A DNA stretch of 64,000 nt from Escherichia coli (GTDB lineage Bacteria > Pseudomonadota > Gammaproteobacteria > Enterobacterales > Enterobacteriaceae): assembly GCF_003334315.1 (NCBI RefSeq), contig NZ_QOWR01000011.1. One strand, written 5' to 3'. Position 1 is the first letter of the stretch. Every line of letters starts with the position of its first letter. The notes beneath the pieces are model-generated. The model had not been told where the DNA came from. It did not search any database and saw only the letters and a program-made list of their open reading frames with translations. A program made the translations under genes and the position numbers. Of this stretch, positions 36,148 through 51,342 are shown one piece after another.

Positions 36148-36748
36148 ACTTCCGCTGATCGCCATTTTGCGCGGCATTAAGCCCGACGAGGCGCTGGCGC
36201 ATGTTGGCGCGGTGATTGACGCCGGGTTCGACGCGGTTGAAATCCCGCTGAATTCCCCACAATGGGAGCAAAGCATTCCCGCCATCGTTGATGCGTATGG
36301 CGACAAGGCGTTGATTGGCGCAGGTACGGTACTGAAACCTGAACAGGTCGATGCGCTCGCCAGGATGGGCTGTCAGCTCATCGTTACGCCCAATATCCAT
36401 AGTGAAGTGATCCGCCGTGCGGTGGGCTACGGCATGACCGTCTGCCCCGGCTGCGCGACGGCGACCGAAGCCTTTACCGCGCTCGAAGCGGGCGCGCAGG
36501 CGCTGAAAATATTTCCGTCATCGGCTTTTGGTCCGCAATACATCAAAGCGTTAAAAGCGGTATTGCCATCGGACATCGCAGTCTTTGCCGTTGGCGGCGT
36601 GACGCCAGAAAACCTGGCGCAGTGGATAGACGCAGGTTGTGCTGGGGCGGGCTTAGGCAGCGATCTCTATCGCGCCGGGCAGTCCGTAGAACGCACCGCG
36701 CAGCAGGCAGCAGCATTTGTTAAGGCGTATCGAGAGGCAGTGCAATGA
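36131..36748 (+). CDS. dgoA: 2-dehydro-3-deoxy-6-phosphogalactonate aldolase
   Basis: 205-aa ORF, KDPG-aldolase family; overlaps the dgoK 3' end by 17 bp. Confidence 0.88.
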   Translation: MQWQTKLPLIAILRGIKPDEALAHVGAVIDAGFDAVEIPLNSPQWEQSIPAIVDAYGDKALIGAGTVLKPEQVDALARMGCQLIVTPNIHSEVIRRAVGYGMTVCPGCATATEAFTALEAGAQALKIFPSSAFGPQYIKALKAVLPSDIAVFAVGGVTPENLAQWIDAGCAGAGLGSDLYRAGQSVERTAQQAAAFVKAYREAVQ

Positions 36749-37893
36749 AAATCACCAAAATTACCACGTATCGTTTACCTCCCCGCTGGATGTTCCTGAA
36801 AATTGAAACCGATGAAGGCGTGGTCGGCTGGGGCGAGCCAGTGATTGAAGGCCGCGCCCGCACGGTGGAAGCGGCAGTTCACGAGCTGAGCGACTATTTG
36901 ATTGGTCAGGATCCATCGCGCATCAACGACTTATGGCAAGTGATGTATCGCGCCGGATTTTATCGTGGCGGTCCAATCCTGATGAGCGCCATCGCCGGGA
37001 TCGACCAGGCGTTATGGGATATCAAAGGCAAAGTGCTGAATGCGCCGGTCTGGCAACTGATGGGCGGCCTGGTTCGCGACAAAATTAAAGCCTACAGTTG
37101 GGTCGGCGGCGATCGTCCGGCGGATGTTATCGACGGCATTAAAACGCTACGCGAAATCGGCTTCGATACCTTTAAACTGAACGGTTGTGAAGAACTGGGG
37201 CTAATTGATAACTCCCGCGCGGTAGATGCGGCAGTCAACACCGTGGCACAAATTCGTGAAGCTTTTGGCAATCAGATTGAGTTTGGTCTTGATTTCCACG
37301 GTCGCGTCAGCGCGCCGATGGCGAAAGTGCTGATTAAAGAACTGGAGCCGTATCGCCCACTGTTTATTGAAGAGCCGGTGCTGGCAGAACAAGCCGAATA
37401 CTACCCGAAACTGGCGGCACAAACGCATATTCCGCTGGCGGCGGGTGAGCGCATGTTCTCACGCTTCGATTTTAAACGCGTGCTGGAGGCGGGCGGTATT
37501 TCGATTCTGCAACCGGATCTCTCCCACGCGGGCGGTATTACCGAATGCTACAAAATTGCCGGAATGGCAGAAGCCTATGATGTGACCCTTGCGCCGCACT
37601 GTCCGCTCGGACCGATTGCACTGGCGGCTTGTCTGCATATCGACTTTGTTTCCTATAACGCGGTACTTCAGGAACAAAGTATGGGCATTCATTACAACAA
37701 AGGCGCGGAGTTACTCGACTTTGTGAAAAACAAAGAAGACTTCAGCATGGTTGGCGGCTTCTTTAAACCGTTAACGAAACCGGGCTTAGGCGTGGAAATC
37801 GACGAAGCTAAAGTTATTGAGTTCAGTAAAAATGCCCCGGACTGGCGTAATCCGCTCTGGCGTCATGAAGATAACAGCGTAGCAGAGTGGTAA
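36745..37893 (+). CDS. dgoD: D-galactonate dehydratase (enolase superfamily)
   Basis: 382-aa [35 protein letters not shown]... Confidence 0.92.
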   Translation: MKITKITTYRLPPRWMFLKIETDEGVVGWGEPVIEGRARTVEAAVHELSDYLIGQDPSRINDLWQVMYRAGFYRGGPILMSAIAGIDQALWDIKGKVLNAPVWQLMGGLVRDKIKAYSWVGGDRPADVIDGIKTLREIGFDTFKLNGCEELGLIDNSRAVDAAVNTVAQIREAFGNQIEFGLDFHGRVSAPMAKVLIKELEPYRPLFIEEPVLAEQAEYYPKLAAQTHIPLAAGERMFSRFDFKRVLEAGGISILQPDLSHAGGITECYKIAGMAEAYDVTLAPHCPLGPIALAACLHIDFVSYNAVLQEQSMGIHYNKGAELLDFVKNKEDFSMVGGFFKPLTKPGLGVEIDEAKVIEFSKNAPDWRNPLWRHEDNSVAEW

Positions 37894-38012
37894 TTCCTGC
37901 CACGTAAGCCCCTCATCGGGCACTAAAACAGCAATACAAAAATATAACCCTCTGTAAATTACAGGGCATGGTGAGCGGCTTCGCTATGCCCAAAATCTGG
38001 AGAAAGCTCGCT

Positions 38013-39305
38013 ATGGATATCCCCGTTAATGCAGCAAAGCCGGGGCGTCGGCGTTATCTGACGCTGGTGATGATCTTTATTACGGTGGTCATTTGTTATG
38101 TTGACCGCGCTAACCTGGCCGTGGCTTCCGCCCATATTCAGGAAGAGTTCGGCATTACGAAAGCGGAAATGGGCTATGTATTTTCGGCCTTCGCCTGGCT
38201 TTATACGCTATGCCAGATCCCCGGCGGTTGGTTTTTAGATCGCGTAGGTTCTCGCGTGACTTATTTTATTGCGATATTTGGTTGGTCAGTGGCGACTTTA
38301 TTCCAGGGCTTTGCCACGGGATTAATGTCATTAATTGGTCTGCGTGCGATAACCGGTATTTTCGAAGCGCCCGCTTTCCCGACCAATAACCGGATGGTGA
38401 CCAGCTGGTTCCCGGAACATGAACGCGCTTCCGCCGTTGGTTTTTATACGTCTGGTCAGTTTGTCGGTCTGGCGTTTTTGACTCCGCTGCTGATCTGGAT
38501 TCAGGAGATGTTGAGCTGGCACTGGGTGTTCATTGTCACTGGTGGTATCGGCATTATCTGGTCGCTGATTTGGTTTAAGGTTTATCAGCCGCCGCGCCTG
38601 ACCAAAGGTATCAGCAAAGCTGAACTGGATTACATTCGTGATGGCGGCGGTCTGGTGGATGGTGATGCGCCGGTGAAAAAAGAGGCACGTCAGCCGTTAA
38701 CAGCCAAAGACTGGAAGCTGGTGTTCCATCGTAAACTGATCGGCGTTTATCTTGGGCAATTTGCGGTGGCTTCTACACTGTGGTTTTTCTTAACCTGGTT
38801 CCCGAACTATTTAACCCAGGAAAAAGGAATCACGGCGCTGAAAGCAGGCTTTATGACCACGGTGCCATTCCTCGCGGCGTTTGTCGGCGTCCTGCTCTCT
38901 GGCTGGGTCGCGGATCTGCTGGTACGTAAGGGCTTTTCACTGGGCTTTGCGCGTAAAACGCCGATTATCTGCGGCTTGCTGATCTCCACCTGCATTATGG
39001 GCGCTAACTACACTAACGATCCGATGATGATTATGTGCCTGATGGCGCTGGCATTCTTCGGTAACGGTTTTGCTTCGATTACCTGGTCGCTGGTCTCTTC
39101 TCTGGCACCGATGCGCCTGATTGGTTTAACCGGCGGCGTGTTTAACTTCGCCGGTGGTCTGGGCGGCATCACCGTTCCGCTGGTGGTGGGGTACCTGGCG
39201 CAGGGTTACGGTTTCGCACCTGCACTGGTTTATATCTCCGCCGTCGCGTTGATTGGCGCGCTCTCTTACATCCTGCTGGTGGGCGATGTGAAGCGCGTTG
39301 GCTAA
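38013..39305 (+). CDS. dgoT: D-galactonate:H+ symporter (MFS, anion:cation symporter family)
   Basis: 430 aa from internal Met ([22 protein letters not shown]...); the ORF-track start 37968 is an extension. Confidence 0.88.
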
Positions 39306-40366
39306 TCTTTCAACTGTGGAATATGCGCCATACCACTGCGCATAATCCACTTTCTTAAAGCCGGTGCGGTCAGGCATCGGCTTTTTACTATCTTGCCGAA
39401 GAGTTTTAAACGCAGTTTGCGGGTGGCGCGCCAGTAAGCGGTATTGAGCTTCTCTGGCTGCTTCAGTAACACCGCACGCAGAATGTCTGCGCTATCCAGC
39501 GCATAGCTAATCCCCTCCAGCGAACTGGCGCTGATAAATCCTGCCGCTTCGCCAATCAGAAAGGCGTTGTCCTTACCGCAGACAAAATCCTGCCAGCGTG
39601 AGGGAAACAGCACCGTGCATTTTTCGCTTTTCACCGCCTTACCAAACTGGAACTGAAAGGCGCTCATTTTCTCTTTCAGCGTCGTGAAACGCGTCTGACC
39701 GTCTTTCATTGGATAAGCACCGCCAAAGATAAAATAACCGTCTTTGCTGATACTCCATGAATAACAGTTAGTTATCGAATTATCAAAGATGCAGGAGTAG
39801 AACGGCACCGGATGTTTCTCCGCGAACCACTGCTGGATAGCGACATATTTACGGATTTGATGATCCGGGTAGAGATGTCGCCGCACCATCGAGTTTGCGC
39901 CATCGGCACCGACCAGATAGCGGGCGGTAATATGTTGCTCCCAGCCGTCTGCACGAAAAATGACATGCCATTTATCATCCTCACGCCAGATTTTTCGGCA
40001 CAGGCTATCGTGATAAACCTCAACGCTGGTGGGGATCAGCGATTTCATCCACAAGTCGAAAGCATGGCGATTAATATTGATATAGCTTCGCTGGTAGTTA
40101 CGCGTGAGCGATGCGGCGACGTCGACAGTTTTGACGCTGAAAATCTGCGGGTTGGCGATCACATCGACAGGAAGCGTCAGTCCATCGCGAATAAAAGATC
40201 GCTGCGCGTCCGGTGCCAGCAGACCGCCGCAAGGTTTGCTGAAACCTTCAGTACCACACTGGTGCTTTTTATCCAGCGCGATCACCTGCATTTTGCCTGC
40301 TAATTTTCGCGCCAACGCCGATCCTGCCGGGCCGATGCCAATAATCGCCACGTCGAAATGTTCCAT
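39302..40366 (-). CDS. cbrA: FAD-dependent oxidoreductase, colicin E2 tolerance protein CbrA
   Basis: 354 aa from internal Met; Rossmann FAD motif [14 protein letters not shown]. Confidence 0.85.
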
Positions 40367-40412
40367 CTTTTCACTCACATTCATCACGATGGCAAAAGAC
40401 TATTGTCTGAAA

Positions 40413-40428
40413 GTGAAGTCCTTGTGAA
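40413..40428 (-). promoter_or_regulatory. cre-tag (CreB binding direct repeat) upstream of cbrA
   Basis: Minus strand reads TTCACaaggacTTCAC, about 47 bp upstream of the cbrA ATG. Confidence 0.65.
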
Positions 40429-40466
40429 GTATGATGGCGGGACCCGTTTTGTATCAGGACCGCGCC

Positions 40467-41681
40467 ATGAAACAGATAACCTTTGCTCCCCGTAATCACC
40501 TGCTCACCAATACCAATACCTGGACGCCCGACAGCCAGTGGCTGGTATTTGACGTGCGTCCTTCTGGCGCGTCGTTTACCGGAGAGAGCATTGAGCGTGT
40601 GAATATCCATACCGGCGAGGTCGAGGTTATCTATCGCGCGTCACAGGGCGCACACGTCGGCGTGGTGACCGTTCATCCGAAGTCAGAGAAGTATGTCTTC
40701 ATCCACGGCCCGGAAAATCCTGATGAAACATGGCATTACGACTTCCATCATCGGCGCGGAGTGATTGTTGAAGGCGGCAAGATGAGTAACCTTGATGCGA
40801 TGGATATTACCGCGCCGTATACGCCTGGAGCGCTGCGCGGCGGCAGCCATGTGCATGTCTTTAGCCCGAACGGTGAAAGGGTGAGCTTTACCTATAACGA
40901 CCATGTAATGCATCAACTCGATCCGGCGCTGGATTTGCGAAACGTCGGTGTTGCTGCACCGTTTGGCCCGGTCAATGTACAAAAGCAGCATCCGCGTGAG
41001 TACAGCGGTAGCCACTGGTGCGTGCTGGTGAGTAAAACCACGCCCACGCCGCAGCCAGGCAGTGATGAAATCAATCGTGCTTATGAAGAAGGATGGGTAG
41101 GAAATCACACGCTGGCGTTTATTGGCGACACACTTTCGCCAAAGGGCGAGAAAGTGCCGGAGCTGTTTATCGTTGAGTTACCGCAAGATGAAGCTGGCTG
41201 GAAAGCGGCAGGTGATGCGCCGTTAAGTGGAACGGAAACCACCCTGCCCGCGCCACCGCGCGGCGTCGTGCAGCGACGTTTAACCTTTACCCACCATCGG
41301 GCTTATCCGGGGTTAGTCAACGTCCCGCGCCACTGGGTGCGCTGTAATCCGCAGGGTACGCAAATCGCGTTTTTAATGCGTGATGATAACGGCATTGTGC
41401 AACTATGGCTTATCTCGCCACAGGGCGGCGAGCCGCGCCAGTTAACCCATAACAAAACGGATATTCAGTCTGCATTTAACTGGCATCCATCAGGAGAATG
41501 GTTGGGCTTTGTGCTGGATAATCGAATTGCTTGTGCCCATGCGCAAAGCGGCGAGGTTGAGTATTTAACCGAAAACCACGCCAATCCGCCTTCTGCGGAT
41601 GCCGTGGTCTTCTCACCGGATGGTCAATGGCTGGCGTGGATGGAAGGTGGCCAGCTGTGGATCACCGAAACTGATCGCTAA
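40467..41681 (+). CDS. yidR: Uncharacterized beta-propeller-like protein YidR
   Basis: ORF MKQITFAPRNHLLTNTNTWTPDSQWLVFDVRP...; start ambiguous (ATGs at 40431/40434 also in frame); 40467 chosen for its better RBS context. Confidence 0.7.
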   Translation: MKQITFAPRNHLLTNTNTWTPDSQWLVFDVRPSGASFTGESIERVNIHTGEVEVIYRASQGAHVGVVTVHPKSEKYVFIHGPENPDETWHYDFHHRRGVIVEGGKMSNLDAMDITAPYTPGALRGGSHVHVFSPNGERVSFTYNDHVMHQLDPALDLRNVGVAAPFGPVNVQKQHPREYSGSHWCVLVSKTTPTPQPGSDEINRAYEEGWVGNHTLAFIGDTLSPKGEKVPELFIVELPQDEAGWKAAGDAPLSGTETTLPAPPRGVVQRRLTFTHHRAYPGLVNVPRHWVRCNPQGTQIAFLMRDDNGIVQLWLISPQGGEPRQLTHNKTDIQSAFNWHPSGEWLGFVLDNRIACAHAQSGEVEYLTENHANPPSADAVVFSPDGQWLAWMEGGQLWITETDR

Positions 41682-41682
41682 A

Positions 41683-42015
41683 TCAGTTATCAGGCATTCT
41701 GGCCGGTGGAATAACCGCATTGGTGGCTTGCGCGTTGGCTTCGCTTTTTTCAACGCGTGAGCGCACCGAGCTGTCTTTGCGGAACACATCCCACGGCAGT
41801 AAAAGCGTGTCCATCACAGCGGTAAACGGCATATCGAGAATCGCCAGCGACTTAGTGCCCCAGTTGGTTTCATCGTCGCCAATCATGGTGGCGCTGGCGC
41901 GGGTGCCGGGATACGTTCCTTCTTTCCCCCCGGTATGGGACATCACGCTGGAGCATCCTCCGAGTAATGTCATTCCGCTGCATATCATGAACGCTAACAA
42001 CACATTTCTTATCAT
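41683..42015 (-). CDS. yidQ: Small lipoprotein YidQ
   Basis: 110 aa from internal Met with lipobox (MIRNVLLAFMICSGMTLLGGCSS). Confidence 0.75.
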   Translation of the reverse strand: MIRNVLLAFMICSGMTLLGGCSSVMSHTGGKEGTYPGTRASATMIGDDETNWGTKSLAILDMPFTAVMDTLLLPWDVFRKDSSVRSRVEKSEANAQATNAVIPPARMPDN

Positions 42016-42188
42016 AATAAATTCATCTGTTGATCGTGGGTGTTGGCCTGATGAGTTATAGCGATCCCTTGCTGAAAATAACATCATCATTACGTCGCTC
42101 TGTGGCGGCAATCGCACTTTAACGTTTCGTGCTGCCCCCTCAGTCTATGCAATAGACCATAAACTGCAAAAAAAAGTCCGCTGATAAG

Positions 42189-42218
42189 GCTTGAAAAGTT
42201 CATTTCCAGACCCATTTT
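42189..42218 (+). promoter_or_regulatory. sigma32 (heat-shock) promoter of ibpAB
   Basis: CTTGAAA (42189-42195), 14-bp spacer, CCCATTTT (42210-42217); matches sigma32 consensus CTTGAAA-N13-15-CCCCATNT. Confidence 0.75.
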
Positions 42219-42320
42219 TACATCGTAGCCGATGAGGACGCGCCTGATGGGTGTTCTGGCTACCTGACCTGTCCATTGTGGAAGGTCTTACATTCTCGCT
42301 GATTTCAGGAGCTATTGATT

Positions 42321-42734
42321 ATGCGTAACTTTGATTTATCCCCGCTTTACCGTTCTGCTATTGGATTTGACCGTTTGTTTAACCACTTAGAAAACAACCA
42401 GAGCCAGAGTAATGGCGGCTACCCTCCGTATAACGTTGAACTGGTAGACGAAAACCATTACCGCATTGCTATCGCTGTGGCTGGTTTTGCTGAGAGCGAA
42501 CTGGAAATTACCGCCCAGGATAATCTGCTGGTGGTGAAAGGTGCTCACGCCGACGAACAAAAAGAGCGCACCTATCTGTACCAGGGCATCGCTGAACGCA
42601 ACTTTGAACGCAAATTCCAGTTAGCTGAGAACATTCATGTTCGTGGGGCTAACCTGGTAAATGGTTTGCTGTATATCGATCTCGAACGCGTGATTCCGGA
42701 AGCGAAAAAACCGCGCCGTATCGAAATCAACTAA
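42321..42734 (+). CDS. ibpA: Small heat-shock protein IbpA (alpha-crystallin family)
   Basis: 137 aa [24 protein letters not shown]...; alpha-crystallin domain. Confidence 0.93.
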
Positions 42735-42845
42735 TTCCCTAAGGCCGCCTGGCGCGGCCTGACATCTCCATGCTCGCCGTCAGGGAGCATATGCGAATCT
42801 TCGGATTTGCAGGTACTTACTCGCTTCTTAGAAGGAGAAATGACT

Positions 42846-43274
42846 ATGCGTAACTTCGATTTATCCCCACTGATGCGTCAATGGATCGGTTTTGACAAAC
42901 TGGCCAACGCACTGCAAAACGCCGGTGAAAGCCAGAGCTTCCCGCCGTACAACATTGAGAAAAGCGACGATAACCACTACCGCATTACCCTTGCGCTGGC
43001 AGGTTTCCGTCAGGAAGATTTAGAGATTCAACTGGAAGGTACGCGCCTGAGCGTAAAAGGCACGCCGGAGCAGCCAAAAGAAGAGAAAAAATGGCTGCAT
43101 CAAGGGCTTATGAATCAGCCATTTAGCCTGAGCTTTACGCTGGCTGAAAATATGGAAGTCTCTGGCGCAACCTTCGTAAACGGTTTACTGCATATTGATT
43201 TAATTCGTAATGAGCCTGAACCCATCGCAGCGCAGCGTATCGCTATCAGCGAACGTCCCGCGTTAAATAGCTAA
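42846..43274 (+). CDS. ibpB: Small heat-shock protein IbpB
   Basis: 142 aa from ATG 42846 ([24 protein letters not shown]...); paralog of ibpA; good SD (aggag) upstream. Confidence 0.92.
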
Positions 43275-43288
43275 CTAGCTATTCTCTT

Positions 43289-43316
43289 TGCCCCGCCATT
43301 CTGGTGGGGCTTTTTT
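43289..43316 (+). terminator. Rho-independent terminator of ibpAB
   Basis: gccccgccattctggtggggcttttttt. Confidence 0.8.
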
Positions 43317-43469
43317 TGTCTTACTTACTCAACAATGCGTTAAATTTCGACTGTTTAAGATATTTCGGCACGTTCTTTCCCGTGATAATGTGCGCTATAA
43401 GGCAAATCTGCTTCACCGATTCAGCCATAATCCGTAGCAATTAAAATGTTATCTCAAGAGAAATGGACG

Positions 43470-45131
43470 ATGAGTGATATAGCATTAACGGTCAGTATTC
43501 TGGCTTTGGTGGCAGTCGTCGGTTTGTTTATCGGCAACGTCAAATTTCGCGGCATAGGATTAGGTATTGGCGGCGTGCTGTTTGGTGGGATCATCGTCGG
43601 CCATTTTGTTTCTCAGGCGGGGATGACATTAAGTAGCGATATGCTGCATGTTATTCAGGAATTTGGCCTGATCCTGTTCGTTTATACCATCGGGATTCAG
43701 GTAGGGCCGGGCTTCTTTGCCTCATTGCGCGTCTCCGGATTACGCCTCAACCTGTTTGCTGTTCTGATCGTCATCATCGGTGGTCTGGTTACCGCCATCC
43801 TGCATAAACTGTTTGATATTCCACTGCCGGTAGTGCTGGGGATTTTCTCCGGTGCGGTTACCAATACGCCAGCGCTGGGGGCAGGGCAGCAGATTTTGCG
43901 CGACCTGGGTACACCAATGGAAATGGTCGATCAGATGGGGATGAGTTACGCGATGGCGTATCCATTCGGCATTTGCGGGATTTTGTTCACCATGTGGATG
44001 TTGCGGGTTATTTTCCGCGTCAATGTCGAGACAGAAGCTCAGCAGCACGAGTCTTCACGCACCAATGGCGGCGCGCTGATCAAGACTATCAATATTCGCG
44101 TTGAGAACCCTAACCTGCATGATTTAGCCATTAAAGATGTACCGATTCTCAACGGCGACAAAATTATCTGCTCGCGTCTGAAACGCGAAGAAACCCTAAA
44201 AGTTCCTTCGCCAGATACCATTATCCAACTGGGCGATTTGCTGCATCTGGTGGGTCAGCCAGCGGATTTACATAATGCGCAACTGGTGATTGGTCAGGAG
44301 GTCGATACCTCGCTGTCTACGAAAGGCACTGATTTGCGCGTCGAGCGTGTGGTGGTCACCAATGAAAACGTGCTCGGAAAACGTATTCGCGACCTGCACT
44401 TTAAAGAACGCTATGACGTTGTTATCTCGCGCCTGAACCGTGCCGGGGTCGAACTGGTCGCCAGTGGCGATATCAGCCTGCAGTTCGGCGATATCCTCAA
44501 TCTGGTGGGGCGTCCGTCCGCAATTGATGCCGTTGCCAATGTGCTGGGGAATGCGCAGCAAAAACTGCAACAGGTTCAGATGCTGCCAGTGTTTATTGGC
44601 ATCGGGCTTGGCGTATTGTTAGGTTCTATTCCCGTCTTTGTGCCTGGGTTCCCGGCCGCGTTGAAACTGGGGCTGGCGGGCGGTCCGCTGATTATGGCGT
44701 TGATCCTCGGGCGTATCGGCAGTATCGGCAAGCTGTACTGGTTTATGCCGCCAAGCGCCAACCTCGCGCTGCGGGAACTGGGGATCGTGCTGTTCCTCTC
44801 GGTCGTTGGTCTGAAATCTGGTGGGGATTTTGTGAATACCCTGGTCAATGGCGAAGGGCTAAGCTGGATTGGTTATGGTGCCCTGATCACCGCCGTTCCG
44901 CTGATTACTGTTGGCATTCTGGCGCGGATGTTAGCCAAAATGAATTACCTGACCATGTGCGGGATGCTGGCAGGTTCCATGACCGATCCTCCGGCGCTGG
45001 CGTTTGCTAATAATCTTCATCCAACCAGTGGTGCGGCGGCGCTCTCTTACGCCACTGTCTATCCGTTAGTGATGTTTCTGCGAATTATCACCCCCCAATT
45101 ACTGGCGGTGCTCTTCTGGAGTATCGGTTAA
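43470..45131 (+). CDS. yidE: Putative transporter YidE (AAE family, duplicated membrane domains with central TrkA-C/RCK_C domains)
   Basis: 553 aa from internal Met ([20 protein letters not shown]...); two hydrophobic halves flanking a soluble middle. Confidence 0.82.
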
Positions 45132-45844
45132 CTCTTTTCCGGGTGGAGTCGCCGTAAATGGTACTCCACCTGGTATTCGCTGGCATTTCTGAACATCACT
45201 GAATAATTCAAAAACTCCCCGCTCTCGCTATATGACAACGAGGTGATCCGCAGCAGTGGCGTGTGTTCCGCTACCTTCATTTGCCGCGCCAGCAGTCTAT
45301 CGGCGAGCACTGGCGTCAGGCTTTCATAATTACCGCCAATCAAAATCCCGCACTCTTGTTCAATATATTCAAACTTCGACCCTTCCAGATGTTGCAGCGA
45401 AAGATTACGGAACAGTTTTACCGGCATATAGCTGTCTTCCAGCATCAGCGGTTTCCCTTCCACAAAACGAACGCGACGGGAGAAGTAGATCTGCTCGTTG
45501 ATTTGAATCCGTAACTGGCTGGCAATGGCCGGAGGCGCAGGCATGATTTCAAAAATCAGCACCTGGCTGGTGACCGTTTTTCCCTGCCGTTTTAACACCT
45601 CCACCAGTCCGGTCAGGCTGGCGGTTTGATGCAGCACATCTTTGCGCACCAGGTAAGTGCCGCTGCCGTGGCGGCGGACCACCAGCCCCCACGCTACCAG
45701 CAGGTCAATCGCTTTACGGATGGTCATCCGGGATACTGCAAATTCTTCCGCCAACTTTTTTTCACCGGGAAGAAGGCTGTTTAGCGTGAAATCTGCGGAA
45801 TTAAGTCGAATTCTTAACCGCTCCGCAATGCTTTTGTAGATCAT
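45128..45844 (-). CDS. yidP: GntR-family transcriptional regulator (HutC subfamily, UTRA effector domain)
   Basis: 238 aa from internal Met ([16 protein letters not shown]...), wHTH motif [22 protein letters not shown]; ORF-track upstream extension rejected. Confidence 0.82.
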
Positions 45845-46139
45845 CTCTAGATCTCTTTTTTGCCTGCAAGCCCGGGTAATGCGCCCACAAGTTCTGCTTA
45901 ATCGATTGAAAAAACATCTTTTTTTTAAAGATGTGTTCGATGCTGTGTACCAGTGCTCACAGATGTCTACTTTTTCGCGAAAACGTAGATCTCTACCGCC
46001 CAACGAAAAGCATGAAAGCGATCACGAATCCCATTGGGTCGTCATGTTCTGTCGATCGCATCTTCCTATCCTCGCTCCAGGCCTGCCGCATAACCAATCA
46101 GGCTTCCTACTTACAGAATTGAGAAAAGAGGATGTGGAA

Positions 46140-49490
<3,351 letters not shown>

Positions 49491-49626
49491 AACCTGAACT
49501 TAACAGAAAACAATCCGTTCAGGGATACGACGTTTGTATTTTAAGAATCTGACTGCCTGACCCGACGCATTTTACCTCTCCCTATATTCATGCGTCCGGG
49601 ACATAAACATAAATAAGGGCTATGAG

Positions 49627-51342
49627 ATGAATTCGTTACAAATCTTGAGTTTTGTCGGTTTTACGCTGCTGGTGGCGGTGATCACCTGGTGGAAGGTCCG
49701 CAAAACAGATACCGGATCGCAACAAGGCTATTTTCTTGCCGGACGTTCACTAAAAGCGCCGGTTATTGCCGCTTCGTTAATGCTAACCAACCTTTCCACG
49801 GAACAACTGGTCGGCCTTTCCGGGCAGGCCTACAAAAGCGGCATGTCGGTGATGGGCTGGGAAGTGACTTCAGCGGTGACGCTGATCTTCCTCGCGCTAA
49901 TCTTTTTACCGCGCTATCTGAAGCGCGGCATTGCCACCATCCCCGATTTTCTGGAGGAACGTTATGATAAAACGACGCGTATTATCATCGACTTCTGCTT
50001 CCTAATTGCCACCGGCGTCTGCTTTCTGCCGATTGTTCTCTACTCCGGCGCGTTGGCGCTCAACAGCCTGTTTCACGTCGGGGAATCGCTACAGATTTCT
50101 CACGGTGCGGCTATCTGGCTACTGGTAATTTTGCTTGGTCTGGCGGGAATTTTGTATGCGGTGATCGGCGGACTGCGCGCAATGGCAGTGGCGGACTCCA
50201 TCAACGGTATTGGGCTGGTTATCGGCGGGTTGATGGTGCCGGTATTTGGCCTGATCGCGATGGGCAAGGGCAGCTTTATGCAGGGCATTGAGCAACTCAC
50301 CACCGTTCACGCCGAGAAATTAAACTCAATCGGTGGCCCGACCGTTCCCTTGCCGATTGGCGCGGCATTTACCGGTTTGATTCTGGTGAACACCTTTTAC
50401 TGGTGTACAAATCAGGGCATCGTGCAACGCACGCTGGCGTCAAAAAGCCTGGCGGAAGGGCAAAAGGGGGCGCTGTTAACGGCGGTGCTGAAAATGCTCG
50501 ACCCGCTGGTACTGGTGCTGCCAGGGTTGATTGCGTTTCATCTGTATCAGGATTTACCGAAAGCCGACATGGCCTACCCGACGCTGGTCAATAACGTTCT
50601 GCCAGTGCCAATGGTGGGTTTCTTCGGCGCGGTGTTATTTGGTGCGGTGATCAGTACCTTCAACGGCTTTCTGAATAGCGCCAGTACGTTATTCAGTATG
50701 GGTATTTACCGTCGCATCATTAACCAGAATGCCGAGCCGCAGCAGCTGGTCACCGTCGGGCGCAAATTTGGTTTCTTTATCGCTATCGTTTCGGTGCTGG
50801 TCGCGCCGTGGATCGCCAACGCGCCGCAGGGGCTGTATAGCTGGATGAAACAGCTCAACGGCATTTACAACGTGCCGCTGGTTACCATCATCATTATGGG
50901 CTTTTTCTTCCCGCGCATCCCGGCGCTGGCGGCAAAAGTAGCGATGGGGATTGGCATAATCAGCTACATCACCATCAACTACCTGGTGAAGTTCGACTTC
51001 CATTTCCTCTATGTGCTGGCCTGTACGTTCTGCATCAACGTGGTCGTGATGCTGGTGATCGGTTTTATCAAACCGCGCGCCACGCCGTTCACCTTCAAAG
51101 ATGCGTTTGCGGTGGACATGAAACCGTGGAAAAACGTCAAGATCGCGTCAATTGGCATCCTGTTCGCGATGATTGGCGTCTATGCCGGGCTGGCTGAATT
51201 CGGCGGCTACGGTACGCGCTGGTTAGCGATGATCAGTTATTTCATTGCCGCCGTAGTGATTGTCTACCTGATTTTTGACAGCTGGCGGCATCGTCACGAC
51301 CCAGCCGTAACCTTTACTCCCGACGGGAAGGATAGCCTATGA
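49627..51342 (+). CDS. yidK: Sodium:solute symporter (SSS family) transporter
   Basis: 571-aa polytopic ORF; co-directional with and overlapping yidJ. Confidence 0.85.
   Translation: MNSLQILSFVGFTLLVAVITWWKVRKTDTGSQQGYFLAGRSLKAPVIAASLMLTNLSTEQLVGLSGQAYKSGMSVMGWEVTSAVTLIFLALIFLPRYLKRGIATIPDFLEERYDKTTRIIIDFCFLIATGVCFLPIVLYSGALALNSLFHVGESLQISHGAAIWLLVILLGLAGILYAVIGGLRAMAVADSINGIGLVIGGLMVPVFGLIAMGKGSFMQGIEQLTTVHAEKLNSIGGPTVPLPIGAAFTGLILVNTFYWCTNQGIVQRTLASKSLAEGQKGALLTAVLKMLDPLVLVLPGLIAFHLYQDLPKADMAYPTLVNNVLPVPMVGFFGAVLFGAVISTFNGFLNSASTLFSMGIYRRIINQNAEPQQLVTVGRKFGFFIAIVSVLVAPWIANAPQGLYSWMKQLNGIYNVPLVTIIIMGFFFPRIPALAAKVAMGIGIISYITINYLVKFDFHFLYVLACTFCINVVVMLVIGFIKPRATPFTFKDAFAVDMKPWKNVKIASIGILFAMIGVYAGLAEFGGYGTRWLAMISYFIAAVVIVYLIFDSWRHRHDPAVTFTPDGKDSL

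Noticed and set aside
45841-46010. Cluster of common restriction sites (tctaga, agatct twice, cccggg, atcgat) upstream of glvC, resembling a polylinker
   Set aside because: Sites are dispersed over about 170 bp with native-looking AT-rich sequence between them; no vector backbone, primer sites or scars nearby; most likely coincidental in a promoter region.
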